Source: an uncultured delta proteobacterium
GTDB taxonomy: Bacteria; Myxococcota; Kuafuiibacteriia; Kuafuiibacteriales; Kuafuiibacteriaceae
Assembly (NCBI GenBank): GCA_963803435.1
Contig: CAWDML010000001.1
Coordinates: 2,656,001 to 2,720,000, forward strand
Reading direction: 5' to 3'
DNA: 64,000 bases
The position numbers and the translations under genes are program-made. The notes beneath the pieces are model-generated. The model had not been told where the DNA came from and ran no database searches. It saw nothing but the letters and a program-made list of their open reading frames with translations. Shown here piece by piece: positions 1-11,363 of this stretch (the first letter of the stretch is position 1; each line of letters opens with the position of its first letter).

Positions 1-634
1 CTTCACCGCCGCCGGCGACAACGCGGTCGTGGTGGGCGGGAACCAGCGGACCATCGTCGACCCCGACGGCCAGCCGGTCGTGCCCTTCGACGCGGCGCTG
101 ATGACCTCGATCTACAGCACGGCGTGGCTCCGCGGCGCCTACCGCATCCTCCGAGAGCTCGAGCTGGGCGTCCGGCTCGACGTGCTGATTCGGGACGTCG
201 TACCGGGCGCGCCGCGCGTCGTTCCGGGCGTCACCGTCCGCTATGGGAACCCGGAGATCATCGACGCCCACGTCGATCTCGCGTACATCGCCGATCCCGA
301 GTCGCAAGCGAAGGCGGTGATCTCGGGCGGCCTCGGGCGCGGTCTCTTCGGCTTCTATCTGAGCGGCGACCTCCGCTACCTCCCGGGCGACATCGACGCA
401 TTCGATGCCGGCACCACGCTCGGCTATACCTTCCCGCGGGGCTGGTTCCCGGGGACGCTCTCGGTCCACGGGATGTTCCGCTACTTCCGCGAGAACGTCG
501 CTCTCTACCTTCAGGAGCCCGACCTCGCCTCCATCGTCTACGAGCTCCAGCCGGACGGTGAGATCAGGGGATGGGAGACGATCGAGAAGCAGGAGACGCT
601 CATCGCCTTCGCCGGGATCGAGTGGCGGCTCTAA
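1..634 (+). CDS. Outer-membrane beta-barrel-like protein, 5' end outside window
   Basis: Frame open from base 2 (FTAAGDNAVVVGG...); alternating aromatic/hydrophobic strands; C-terminus AFAGIEWRL resembles an OMP terminal strand. Confidence 0.5.
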   Translation, partial: FTAAGDNAVVVGGNQRTIVDPDGQPVVPFDAALMTSIYSTAWLRGAYRILRELELGVRLDVLIRDVVPGAPRVVPGVTVRYGNPEIIDAHVDLAYIADPESQAKAVISGGLGRGLFGFYLSGDLRYLPGDIDAFDAGTTLGYTFPRGWFPGTLSVHGMFRYFRENVALYLQEPDLASIVYELQPDGEIRGWETIEKQETLIAFAGIEWRL

Positions 635-719
635 ACTGACGCTTCGAGCTGCGAGCTGTCGACGCGGGGCTGCGCCAGCATGGAATTCGACTGAACTCGA
701 GCGTTTGAGGCTTGCGGCC

Positions 720-1490
720 TCAACGGCTGAGGTAGATCGAGAAGCGGCGGATCTCCTCGAAGCCAGCGCGGAGAAGGATTGGCGCCGAGGTGTTCTCGTT
801 CGCGTGAACGGTGGCGAGGGCGACGCCGCGCGCCCGGGCGAATCGGAGGCGGCGCGCGACCAGCGCGCGGTAGACGCCGCGGCCGCGGAGGGCGGGGACC
901 ACCACGGCGCCCTGCAGCAGGACGGAGCGTTCGAAGAGCACCATGTTGGCGGCGCCGGCCAGCGTATCGTCGAGATGGGCGACGAACATGTGGTTTCGGC
1001 GTCCGGGCGTCTCCACGACCTGGCGATGGAAGCGTCCGAGCGGGCCAGGATCCATCCCGAAGCCTTCGGCGATCATCCGCGTGAACAGGCCGACGTTCTC
1101 CGGGCCGACCTCCTCCACGAAAACGCCGGGAGGATCTGGATCCTCGATCGACGTCGCCTGCGCCAAGGCACACAGCGAGGAGCGGATGAAGCCGTGTTCG
1201 GCGAGCCGGTCAGCCAGGTCGCTCGGTCGCGTTTCGGGCGTGACCCGCCAGCGGAAGAGGAGGTCGTCGCGCTCGTACTCGGCGCGCGTGCGCTCGATGA
1301 CCGCGTCCGTCTCTTCGGGGGAGAGCTCGGAGTGGATCACCTCGTTGAGCCCACCCTGCTTGAGGGACGGCGTGATGATCTGGAGCCAGCCGGGCCGATC
1401 GACGACGCGGGAGTCGTGCGCGATAAAGTAGGCGCGGCGCGGCACGATCAAGGCCTCGTGGTACAGCGCCTCGGGCGTCCATCCGATCAC
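720..1490 (-). CDS. GNAT family N-acetyltransferase
   Basis: 256-aa ORF with acetyl-CoA motif VVPALRGRGVYRAL and C-terminal SAPILLRAGF. Confidence 0.85.
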   Translation of the reverse strand: MIGWTPEALYHEALIVPRRAYFIAHDSRVVDRPGWLQIITPSLKQGGLNEVIHSELSPEETDAVIERTRAEYERDDLLFRWRVTPETRPSDLADRLAEHGFIRSSLCALAQATSIEDPDPPGVFVEEVGPENVGLFTRMIAEGFGMDPGPLGRFHRQVVETPGRRNHMFVAHLDDTLAGAANMVLFERSVLLQGAVVVPALRGRGVYRALVARRLRFARARGVALATVHANENTSAPILLRAGFEEIRRFSIYLSR

Positions 1491-1525
1491 GGGTTCACGG
1501 TACCATCGCGCCGCTCCCTCGACGA

Positions 1526-2320
1526 TCAGCGATGATGGCCGTGCGGACCGCGGTGTCCATGCGCCTGCGACCGATCAGGTTCCCGCCGCGCGGTCGCGTG
1601 CTCGTCGCGCCGTCGATTCCGCTCGTGCGTGGGCGCGCGGGGCACCACCGCGGGTGGATGCGCCGGGACACGGCTGGGCATGCGCACCACCGGACGTCCG
1701 TCCGTTCGCGCGATCTCGTGGGGCGGCGGGCCGCGCCGATCCCAGTGCTCACGCCGGGAGTGGACGAAGACGTCGTGCGTTCGCGCGGAGCTGAGGAAGC
1801 GGCGATGGTCCAGCCGCCCCCCGAAGTCGCCGCTCCGGACCGAGACCCAGATGCTGGGACGGCTGTAGTAGCTCAGCCCGACGCCGACCGGCGCGAGCGG
1901 CGCCCACGAGACCACGCCGTTTGAGTACCGCCAGTCGACCCAGGCGGGCGCCCACTGATACCCGGGGATCCAGGCCCAGCCGAGGGAGGCCATCCACGCC
2001 CAGCGTCCGTAGTGGAACGTCACCGCGCCAAAGGGATCGCTCGAGACGAACTCCCAGCCTGCGTTCGTGTAGCGCCACTCGCCGTCGGTGTAGGGACGCC
2101 ATTGGTTCGAGTCGACCCTCGGGACCCAGACCAGGCCGTACGACGCCGTCCGATGCCAGGCACCGTACGGGGCCAGGTCCCGCTGGAAGCGGTCGAGGCT
2201 CACCGGCCCTCCGTAGGCAGAATACGCGCCGACGATCGGCGTGGGCGGCACCGCCGCAAATGCGACGCCGCAGCCGGAGAGGAGTGCGATCGGAAGGATC
2301 GTTGCACCAACTCGTCTCAC
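1526..2320 (-). CDS. DUF6600-like Trp/Tyr-rich lipoprotein
   Basis: Lipobox LLSGC; LAPYGAW...YGLVWVP...WRPY..G.W...FHYGRW...WAPAWV.WR pattern; Pro/His/Arg-rich tail. Confidence 0.7.
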   Translation of the reverse strand: MRRVGATILPIALLSGCGVAFAAVPPTPIVGAYSAYGGPVSLDRFQRDLAPYGAWHRTASYGLVWVPRVDSNQWRPYTDGEWRYTNAGWEFVSSDPFGAVTFHYGRWAWMASLGWAWIPGYQWAPAWVDWRYSNGVVSWAPLAPVGVGLSYYSRPSIWVSVRSGDFGGRLDHRRFLSSARTHDVFVHSRREHWDRRGPPPHEIARTDGRPVVRMPSRVPAHPPAVVPRAPTHERNRRRDEHATARREPDRSQAHGHRGPHGHHR

Positions 2321-2389
2321 GCTTCGGGAACAATCGGGCCACGGACTTCGAGCCCGCGACTTCTTCGTTGCGCAAGCTCGAGGGTGCCG

Positions 2390-2701
2390 TTACTGCGGTG
2401 TCGCAGACGTCTCGGCATCCGCGGCGCCGTTCGCACGCTGCGTCACCAGCTGCTTGATGAGCTCGATCAGCTCCTCGATCTTCTTCATCAAGGTGTCCTG
2501 CCCGCCCGAAGCCTCACCGGCGGCGGGCGCTCCCCGGCCTCCCCCCGCAGCGTCGAGCCGGTCCGCCAGACGCTGGAGGATCTGCGTCTGCAAGCGCTCG
2601 CGCTGGTCGCCGCCGGCCGCGCGGTCGTCGGGCTGCGCGCCGGGGAGAGCGCTGCGAGAGACGGGGTTGAACGTCGTGTTGATCGGGATGTTCGTCGGCA
2701 T
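2390..2701 (-). CDS. Small hypothetical protein (103 aa), Gly/Ala-rich with amphipathic helix
   Basis: ATG at 2701 with AAGGAG 9 nt upstream; helix TLMKKIEELIELIKQLV; no signal peptide. Confidence 0.6.
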   Translation of the reverse strand: MPTNIPINTTFNPVSRSALPGAQPDDRAAGGDQRERLQTQILQRLADRLDAAGGGRGAPAAGEASGGQDTLMKKIEELIELIKQLVTQRANGAADAETSATPQ

Positions 2702-2702
2702 T

Positions 2703-2732
2703 TGAAGTGGCTCCTTCACCTGAGCCACTTCA
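2703..2732. promoter_or_regulatory. Perfect 11-bp inverted repeat overlapping the RBS of 2390..2701
   Basis: TGAAGTGGCTC (2703-2713), 8-nt loop, GAGCCACTTCA (2722-2732). Confidence 0.5.
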
Positions 2733-2786
2733 CGTTCGGTGCCACGTTCGTGGTTGGAGAAATCGCTGAATCAGCGCTGCGGGCGG

Positions 2787-2846
2787 GGTCGCGATCGTGT
2801 TCGCTCGGACGAACATGTTCGCCCGAGCGAACGGCCGGTCGCGATC
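2787..2846. repeat. 34-bp near-perfect palindrome flanked by 10-bp direct repeats
   Basis: GTTCGCTCGGACGAACA|TGTTCGCCCGAGCGAAC (2799-2832, 1 mismatch); GGTCGCGATC at 2787-2796 and 2837-2846. Confidence 0.7.
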
Positions 2847-4164
2847 AGTTCGCCGGGAAGGAGGTCCAGCCGGCGGTCCAGTCCTCGCCGCCGGGAGGAA
2901 TGGCGCCGATGAACGGGGCGCTGTCGAAGCCCGCGGGCGGCGTGGCCGCGCCCGACGCGACCGGGCTGTCGACGGCGGGCGCGAAGTTCGGCGCCGTCAG
3001 GTTGTACGGTGCGCCGAGCATCGGATCGACGTCGATCTTGTTGGAGCGGGCCGGGTCGGAGAGGAACGCTGCCTCATCGAAGCCGCCGTCATCGTCCTCG
3101 TCGGCGTCGGCGTCGAAGTTGGCGCCGTTCTGATAGAAGAGGCTGTTCTCGATGGTGAGCGCGGGCGGCGTCATCTGCATGCCCATCACGCCGGCCACGT
3201 CACGCACGTCGACGCCTGCGACCGGGAAGCCCATGACGATGATGTTGTGGAGGAGACCCCAGGTGCCGCGGCGCAGGACCATTCCGTTCTGGGTGCCCGA
3301 GGCGGCGTTCGTGCCGATCAAGGTGGCGTTGTAGATCGTCGGCCGAGAGCGCGGCATGGCGTCGTTGTTCTCGTGCTGGTTGTCGGCCTCGAAGCCGGAG
3401 TCGGCGTCGCCCGGGTTCTGCTGCACCACCAGGAACTGCACGTTCCCGGAGAAGCCGAGGTCCCAGTCGAGCTGGTCGTCCTGATTGCTGGAGAGGACGG
3501 CGTGCTTCAGGTTGGCCAGGCCGCCGAACATCTCGATGCCGTCGTCCTTGCCCATGTGAACCTGCACGTAGTCGAGCGTGGTCCCGCTGCCGCATGCGCC
3601 CACCGAGATCCCGTTGAGCTCGTTGTCGATGGAGAGCTCGAAGCCGGCAAACTCGACGCGAACGTACTTGAGCGATCCGCAGCTGTAGGTCGAGTCGGTG
3701 CCGCCGTAGACGCCGCGCTCGTCGGTGGCGTCGATGCCTTCGATCCGGTTCTCGCCGCCGGTGATGTTGATCGGCGCACGGCCCAGGAGTACCAGGCCGC
3801 CCCAGTCGCCCGGGCGCCGCTGCCCGACCATCGTGGAGCTGGTGAAGATGATCGGCTTCTCCTTGGTCCCGTTGGCGATGAGCTTGGCGTCCCGCGTGAT
3901 GATCAACGCCGACCCGTTGTCGCCTTGCACGGTGGTCCCGGGCTCGATGGTGAGCGTGGCGCCCTCCTCGACGAAGATCAGCTCGGTGAGGATATACGTC
4001 TTGTCGGCGGTCCAGGTGGTATCGGCCGTCAGAGAGGACGAGACCTCGACGATCCCATCGTTGTTGTGGTTGTCGTCGGTGTTGCCGTCGTTCGAGCTGG
4101 TTCCGCAGGCGGCGGTCCCGACGAGGAGCATGGTTCCGAGTAGCAGCTTGAGCGTAGTATTCAT
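2845..4164 (-). CDS. Acidic beta-helix-like lipoprotein associated with a TonB-dependent receptor (tentatively ElpS-like)
   Basis: MNTTLK... signal with lipobox TAAC; WGGLVLLGRAPIN...IEG...YGG...YVRVEFAG...DDGIEMFGG motifs; ends W..GWT. Confidence 0.7.
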   Translation of the reverse strand: MNTTLKLLLGTMLLVGTAACGTSSNDGNTDDNHNNDGIVEVSSSLTADTTWTADKTYILTELIFVEEGATLTIEPGTTVQGDNGSALIITRDAKLIANGTKEKPIIFTSSTMVGQRRPGDWGGLVLLGRAPINITGGENRIEGIDATDERGVYGGTDSTYSCGSLKYVRVEFAGFELSIDNELNGISVGACGSGTTLDYVQVHMGKDDGIEMFGGLANLKHAVLSSNQDDQLDWDLGFSGNVQFLVVQQNPGDADSGFEADNQHENNDAMPRSRPTIYNATLIGTNAASGTQNGMVLRRGTWGLLHNIIVMGFPVAGVDVRDVAGVMGMQMTPPALTIENSLFYQNGANFDADADEDDDGGFDEAAFLSDPARSNKIDVDPMLGAPYNLTAPNFAPAVDSPVASGAATPPAGFDSAPFIGAIPPGGEDWTAGWTSFPAN

Positions 4165-4184
4165 GTTCGTTCTCTTCCGAATTC

Positions 4185-7100
4185 TCAGTGCGTCCACGCG
4201 AGACGCGTCCCTATCGTGAGGCCCTGCCCGTACTCCGAGAAGTTGAAGTCCTGTTGAGTGATCCTCATTTTCTGAGCGAGAAGGTTCTTCGCGTACAAAC
4301 TCACGTTCCAATCGTCCGTGATCTTCCAGAACACCGTCGCATCCAGGGAATGGAAGGGCTCTTCGTAGACATCCGGAAGTCCCAGGCGACCCACGTCGCT
4401 GATCCGACGACCGAAGACGTTGTAGAACACGTTCGCGGAGAACCTAGACCCGTCCGGTGCATATCCGAGTGACAGGTTGGCAACGAATGGCGACTGCCCG
4501 GCGAGCGAACGTGACGCTGAGGTGGCGAGCTGCTGGTCCTCGGGAGACAGCGAGACCCTCGAATAGATCAGCGCGACGTTCGCCAGGAGATTGAAGCCGT
4601 CGAGATAGTGATGGATCCTTCCCAGCTCGACGCGCGCCTCGAGCTCGCCGCCGAAGTTCTGCGCGCCCTCGATGTTGTCGAACGTGACGTTGCCCTGCTG
4701 GTCGAGCACCACCGGCTCGATCGGCGCCTGAAAGATCTTGTAGAACACGGACGCCGCCAGCACCTCCGACTCGCCCGGGAACCACTCCCAGCGCAGGTCG
4801 AAGTTGTGGACGTAGGTGCGGAGGATGTCCGGGTTCCCTTGCGTGTTGCGGCGGCGGATGAAGTCCTGGTTGAGGAACGGCGCCAGCTCCCGGATCAGGG
4901 ACGGGCCACGGTGCCGCCGTACGAGGCGCGGATGTTCATCTGCTCGGCGATCGGGACGATCACGCCCACCGAGGGCAGCACGTCGAAGTCGGTGCGCGAG
5001 GTGGAGGCGGCCACCGCCTTGTCCGTGGAGAAGGGTGAGCTGGCCTCGATCTGCTGATTGAAGGCCTCCAGGCGCGCCCCGCCGATCACGCGGACCGCCT
5101 TCGCGATGAACCAGTCGCCCATCAGGTAGCCGGCGTTGAGGAGGAGGTTGGCGGCGTAGCCGTCGTCGGGCCGGGTCAGCTCGAGCAGCTCGAGGATCGG
5201 GCCGTAGCTCTCGGGCGCGAACAGCGCCTCCGGTGCCAGCAGCCGCTGATCCGCGGTGCCGACGTAACGAGTGCCGAAGCGCCGCGCCGAGAAGTTCCGG
5301 TCCGAGAACCGCATCAGGTAGCCGCCCTTGAGCTTCAGCTCCTCGAGGAGCGGGTAGCTGAGATCGACCCCGCCCCCGACGTCGGTCTGGCCCAGCTCCG
5401 TGAAGAGCCGCTCGCCGCTGCCGGTGACGTTGCGATACACGAAGCCCTGCGGCCCCAGCGCGTAGAGGAGATCGCGGGTGTCGGGCTGATCGCGCGCGAT
5501 CAGCGCCATATTCACCTGCCAGTCGAGATCGATCGCGTCGAAGAGCTGCTGATGCCGTCCCAGGATCTGGTTGAACCAGAGCCGCCGCGCGATGAAGCGG
5601 AGCTGCGTCTGCTCGATCGACGTGCCCTCGTTCTCCGCGATCCCGGTGGTGCGCGAGGTGCGGTCGTCGCCGGTCTGGGTGAAGAGCGACACCAGCTTCA
5701 GCTCGTGATCCTGTCCGACGCGGTAGCTGGCGGTCCCCAGCAGGCCGAGCTGGGACGAGGTCTGCCCGACCTCGCGCGCGAGCTCGTCGCTCTCGACCAC
5801 GTGTTGCTCGCCCTGGAGCTTGACGTTCGTGATCCGCTCCAGGTTGCGCTCGGTGCCGTAGCGATAGCCGGCGGTGACCAGGAACCCCAGGCGATCGTCG
5901 CCGAGCTCGACCGAGTCGCCCAGGCTGAGCCCGAGCGACAGGTCGGGGATGGCGCGGCGCTCGTCGACGTTCCAGACGTTCTGGAACGAGCGGCCGATCG
6001 CCTGGATCTGATCCGGCGGCAGCCCGTTGCGCCCGCTGCTGACGCGCTGATCGGGGACGGCGTCCGGCAGGGCCCGCGTGCCGTCGTCGAAGCCGAGGAA
6101 GTCGATGCTGCCTCCGCGGTAGCCGAGCGTCTTCTGCGCGAACGTGTCGCTCGCGCCCGAGAAGCCGGCGTTCGCCGAGATCGACAGCTTGTCCGGAAAG
6201 TCGCGGGTGAGGATGTCGAGCGAGCCGCCGGCGAAGTCGCCCGGGATGTCGGGCGTGAACGCCTTCGTCACGTTCAGGCTGGTCAGCAGGCTCACCGGGA
6301 AGAGGTCGATCTGGAACCCGGGAAGGTCGGGATCGGTGCTGGGGAGCTCCACGCCGTTGAGGAGCACGTTGGTGTACCGGCCCTGGAGCCCGCGCACGTT
6401 GAGGTAGGCGCCGCCGACCACGCTGGCGCCCACGATCCGTCGGGTGGCGCTGCTGGCGGTGCTGTCGGGCGACTTCTTGATCTCGTCCAGGCCGACGGAG
6501 TCCATCACCGCGGCCGCCTCCTTCCGCAGCGCGAGCTGCTGCGTGACGCTGCCGTAGTCGGGCTTGGGGATCAGGATGACCATCTCCGCCAGCGTGGCGG
6601 CGCGCGCCAGCATCCGGACCCGCGCCTCCACCTCGCCGCCGGCGGGCACCACCACCCTCACCACCTGCGTGGTGAGCTGGGGATGAATCACCGTGAGGTC
6701 CCGCGCGCCCGCCGGGAGCACCAGCTCGAACCGCCCATCGGCGCCGGAGCGCGCGTCGGCGGAGACGCCGCGGACCAGCACGCGCGCGTCGGCGATGGGG
6801 TGCTCGCTCGTATCCGTCACCCAGCCGCGCACGCTGCCCGTGGCGGTCGCGGTGGCCGTCGTCTCCACCTCGGGCTGCGCCGAGACCGGCGCTTCGATCT
6901 CGACCTGGGAGACGCCCTCGCCGAGCACCACCACCACCTCGGTGGTCTGGCCGAGCGCGATCGGGACCGACGCGGTCTTCACCGTGAGCGGTCCGTGTGC
7001 GATCCCGAGGACGTGCGTTCCGGTGGGGAGGATCAGCTCGAACATCCCTTCCCCGTCCGTCTGCACCGGTGCGCCGGCGTCGGGGGTCACGGACGCGTCC

Positions 7101-7210
7101 GGGATCGGGCGGCCGTTCGGCTCGATGACATAGCCGCGCACGGTGCCCTCGTCGGCGTGGGCCAGCGCCGGCACCAGCAGGGCGACGAGCAGCGTGATCA
7201 CAGATCGCAT
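4185..7210 (-). CDS. TonB-dependent receptor with two N-terminal carboxypeptidase-regulatory-like domains; one frameshift near 4897
   Basis: Signal peptide; plug motif NVRGLQGRYTNVLLNG; TVARP|LIRELAPF split across ORFs 4895..7231 and 4185..7244; NFDLRWEWF; NLL and terminal strand. Confidence 0.9.
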
Positions 7211-8352
7211 TGCCAGACGTCCTCCGCGCACGCGTCCATCGCACGACGGATCACGACGGCCTTCTGGAACAGCTCCGGATCCGAGATCCTCTTCAAGAGC
7301 TGCTCCACGCGCGCCCGGTTCCCGGCCAGGTAGTGCGCGTAGGCAAGCGCGTACGCGATGTGCTCGTCCTCGAGCAGACCGAGGCGGGCCAGGCGGTCGT
7401 CGAGCGCCGCCGCCTCCTCGTATCGCTCGAGCTCGATGAGCAGGTTCAACCGCTGCCGGATCTTCTCCTTCTGATCCACGACCAGGGAGCTCATGTGGAG
7501 CGCGCGCTCGTACTGTCCTGCGCGCCGGAACAGCTCGGCCGCGTGGAGCGCCGCGGTCGAGTCGACCAGCGCTACCGGATAGAGGACGCCCGCCGCCGAG
7601 AGCGGACGCTCCAGCTCATAGTAGGTCCGTGCCAGCTGGCGCCGGATCGAGTCGTCCTCCGGGAAGCGCAGGATGCCTTGCTCCAGCAGCAGCGCCGCGC
7701 GCTCGAGCTGCTTGGCGGAGGCGAGCGCCGTGGCGGTGGCGAGGTAGTCCTTCGCCTCGGCCTCGGCCTTCTGCAGGAACCGCTGCGCCGCCTCGAGGCC
7801 GCTCTGATAGAGGCCGAGATCGATCATCAGTCGGACCCGCTGCCGTTCGAGCTCGACGTCCTCGGGGAACTTGCGCGCGCCGCGATCGATGGCGGCGAAG
7901 GCCGCGTGCTTGTTGCCGCGCAGATAGTAGGCGCTCGCCTGGACCCGGTACGGACCGGGGTGCTCCCAGATCGCGGGCGGCGCGGCGCGGAGGGCCTCGA
8001 TGGCGCCGTCGGGATCCTTGTTCCCGAACAGCGCGCTGGCGAGCGAGTAGTGGGTGGCGGGCGAGGCATCGCCGGCGGCGAGCGCGGCCCGGAAGTCGGC
8101 GGCGGCCTCACGGTAGAGCGTGAGCTCGAACTCGGCCAGCCCGCGGACGCGGTGGTATTCGGCGGCGTCGACCTTCCCGTCCTCGATCTTCACCTCCTCC
8201 AGCGCGGCCATCGCGCGCTTGGGGAAGCCGTCCTTCAGGAGCAGTCGCGCCAGGGCCAGCGGATCGACCTCGGCCTCCTTCTTCTTCTTCGCCTCGGCGA
8301 CGCCGGCCGTGAGGAGCGTGGCGGCCGCGATCAGTAGGATGGTGCGCTTCAT
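7198..8352 (-). CDS. Exported TPR protein of the TonB system (TtpD-like)
   Basis: Signal peptide MKRTILL...AEA; repeated TPR-like helices; directly after tonB. Confidence 0.8.
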   Translation of the reverse strand: MKRTILLIAAATLLTAGVAEAKKKKEAEVDPLALARLLLKDGFPKRAMAALEEVKIEDGKVDAAEYHRVRGLAEFELTLYREAAADFRAALAAGDASPATHYSLASALFGNKDPDGAIEALRAAPPAIWEHPGPYRVQASAYYLRGNKHAAFAAIDRGARKFPEDVELERQRVRLMIDLGLYQSGLEAAQRFLQKAEAEAKDYLATATALASAKQLERAALLLEQGILRFPEDDSIRRQLARTYYELERPLSAAGVLYPVALVDSTAALHAAELFRRAGQYERALHMSSLVVDQKEKIRQRLNLLIELERYEEAAALDDRLARLGLLEDEHIAYALAYAHYLAGNRARVEQLLKRISDPELFQKAVVIRRAMDACAEDVWQCDL

Positions 8353-8354
8353 GA

Positions 8355-9002
8355 TCAACCCAGGTTGAAGCGGATCGTCTGATCGACCCGCAGCGTCACC
8401 GGCTTGCCCCGGTAGGTCGCCGGCGAGAACCGCCAGCTGCGCGCCGCCTCCAGGACCGAGGCGTCGAAGAACCCGGGCGGATCCGACTCGATGATGCGGA
8501 CGTCCTGCACGCTCCCCTGCTCGTCGATCAGCATCCTCAACACCACGTGCCCGCTGACCCGCTTGCGCTGGGCGTCCGGAGGCGGCACCGGCTGGCGGTT
8601 GCTGGGGAGCGGCTGCGGCTGCGTGTCGACGGTCTCCTCGGTCATCACCATCTGATCGGCGTCGCTCCCGCCCGCGAGCATCGCGGCGGTGAGATCCTCG
8701 AGGGCGGCCGGCGCGTCGAAGAGGGCGACGCCGGCGCCGAGCGCGGACATGTCGGTGGCAAGGTTCGGGCGGGGTGCGCGGGCCGCCCGGCTCGGGCGCG
8801 GCGGCGGCGCCTCGGCGACCCGGCGCTGCTCGTGCTTCGGCCGCTCCGCGGGCAGCGCGATCTCGGCCTCCATCTTGGCGACCTCCTCCTTGGGGCGGAG
8901 CACCCGGCGGTTCATCACCAGGAGGAAGCAGGAGAGGATCCCGCAGCCGGCGAGAACGGCCACGGCGCCTCCCAGGTACCGCTTGAGATGGAGCGACGCC
9001 AC
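8355..9002 (-). CDS. tonB: Energy transducer TonB
   Basis: N-terminal TM, Pro-rich linker, C-terminal GHVVLRMLIDEQGSV...FFDASVLEAARSWRFSPA. Confidence 0.9.
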   Translation of the reverse strand: MASLHLKRYLGGAVAVLAGCGILSCFLLVMNRRVLRPKEEVAKMEAEIALPAERPKHEQRRVAEAPPPRPSRAARAPRPNLATDMSALGAGVALFDAPAALEDLTAAMLAGGSDADQMVMTEETVDTQPQPLPSNRQPVPPPDAQRKRVSGHVVLRMLIDEQGSVQDVRIIESDPPGFFDASVLEAARSWRFSPATYRGKPVTLRVDQTIRFNLG

Positions 9003-9006
9003 GAGC

Positions 9007-9420
9007 TCAGCGACCTCCGCCCAGCTCTTTGTCGGTGGCGACGGTGACGTCGCTGGCGCCGGCGATCCGACTCTGATCGACGACCTCCACCACCTTCTCG
9101 ATCGCGATCGTCCGATCCGCGATCACCAGCACCTGCTTGTCGGCTCCGCCCCGGAAGGCGTCGCGCAGCTTGGATTGCAGCATCCAGACCTTGGTGGGGA
9201 TGCCGTCGAGATAGACAGCCCCCTGCCGATCGATCGCGACCCGCAGCGCCTTGCTCGGCGCGGTCGAGGCGCTCTTCGCGCTCGGCCGCTCCACCTCCAC
9301 GTGCGCATCCTTCTGGAAGGTCGTGGAGACCATGAAGAAGATGAGGAGAAGGAAGGTCATGTCGATGATCGGCGAGAGATCGATCCCGACCGCCGCTCGC
9401 TTCTTGATGATCGACTTCAT
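9007..9420 (-). CDS. exbD: Biopolymer transporter ExbD
   Basis: IDLSPIIDMTFLLLIFFMVS motif; ATG at 9420 overlaps exbB stop. Confidence 0.92.
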   Translation of the reverse strand: MKSIIKKRAAVGIDLSPIIDMTFLLLIFFMVSTTFQKDAHVEVERPSAKSASTAPSKALRVAIDRQGAVYLDGIPTKVWMLQSKLRDAFRGGADKQVLVIADRTIAIEKVVEVVDQSRIAGASDVTVATDKELGGGR

Positions 9421-10014
9421 GAGAGCGTCTCCTGGATCAGGAGGTCCTTGAGCTTGGCGAGCTCGAGCTCGAGCTCGGTCTGTCGCCGGTCGAGCAGCCC
9501 GCCCAGGATCAGGCCGGGGACCGCCACCACCAGGCCGAGCTCGGTCGAGTAGAGCGCCTCCGCGATCCCGCCCGCGAATCCCTCCGCCGGTCGCGCTGAT
9601 GAACGTGCTGTCGCCGAGCGAGTCGAACGTCTCGATCATGCCGGTCACCGTCCCCAGCAGCCCGAGCAGCGGCGCCACGCCCACGATGCTCTGGACCAGC
9701 CCGCCGAAGCGGCCCACCTCCGTCTCCTGCGAGAAGAAGAGCTCATCGAGGCGATGGCGGAGCCGCTCAGGTTGGGTCTGAAGGAGGGTCCAGCCGTCGA
9801 GCGCCGCCTGCGACAGCACGCTGGTCGGCCGCACCATCAGCCCGTGGCGCACCTCCTCGAGCAACAGGCGCGCGCCCTTCTTCGTGCCGCCGTGGAGCAT
9901 CACGTAGCGATAGCCGAGGCCGAAGAACAGGAGCACGGCGCACACCACCAGCGGCGGCATCACCTGCCCGCCCTTCATCAGGACGCGGCCCAGCTCCTGG
10001 AGCACGTGGGGCAT
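9417..10014 (-). CDS. exbB: MotA/TolQ/ExbB proton channel; frameshift near 9577
   Basis: APLLGLLGTVTGMIETF; removing one base at 9577 restores GGIAEALYSTELGLVVAVPG and a stop at 9417. Confidence 0.88.
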
Positions 10015-10016
10015 GA

Positions 10017-11362
<1,346 letters not shown>

Positions 11363-11363
<1 letters not shown>

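Noticed and set aside
635-719. attC-like or structured RNA between convergent genes
   Set aside because: Only a weak inverted repeat (ACGCTTCGAG/CTCGAGCGT); no proper RYYYAAC/GTTRRRY ends and no integrase
2799-2832. LexA box
   Set aside because: CGAAC-AT-GTTCG has a 2-nt spacer rather than 4, and no SOS gene is adjacent
4895-4900. Programmed frameshift or phase variation in the TonB-dependent receptor
   Set aside because: Only a 3-C run with no slippery heptamer or long repeat; a sequencing deletion is more likely
9007-10014. Apparent ExbB-ExbD fusion
   Set aside because: One extra base at 9577; correction gives separate genes with a normal ATGA overlap
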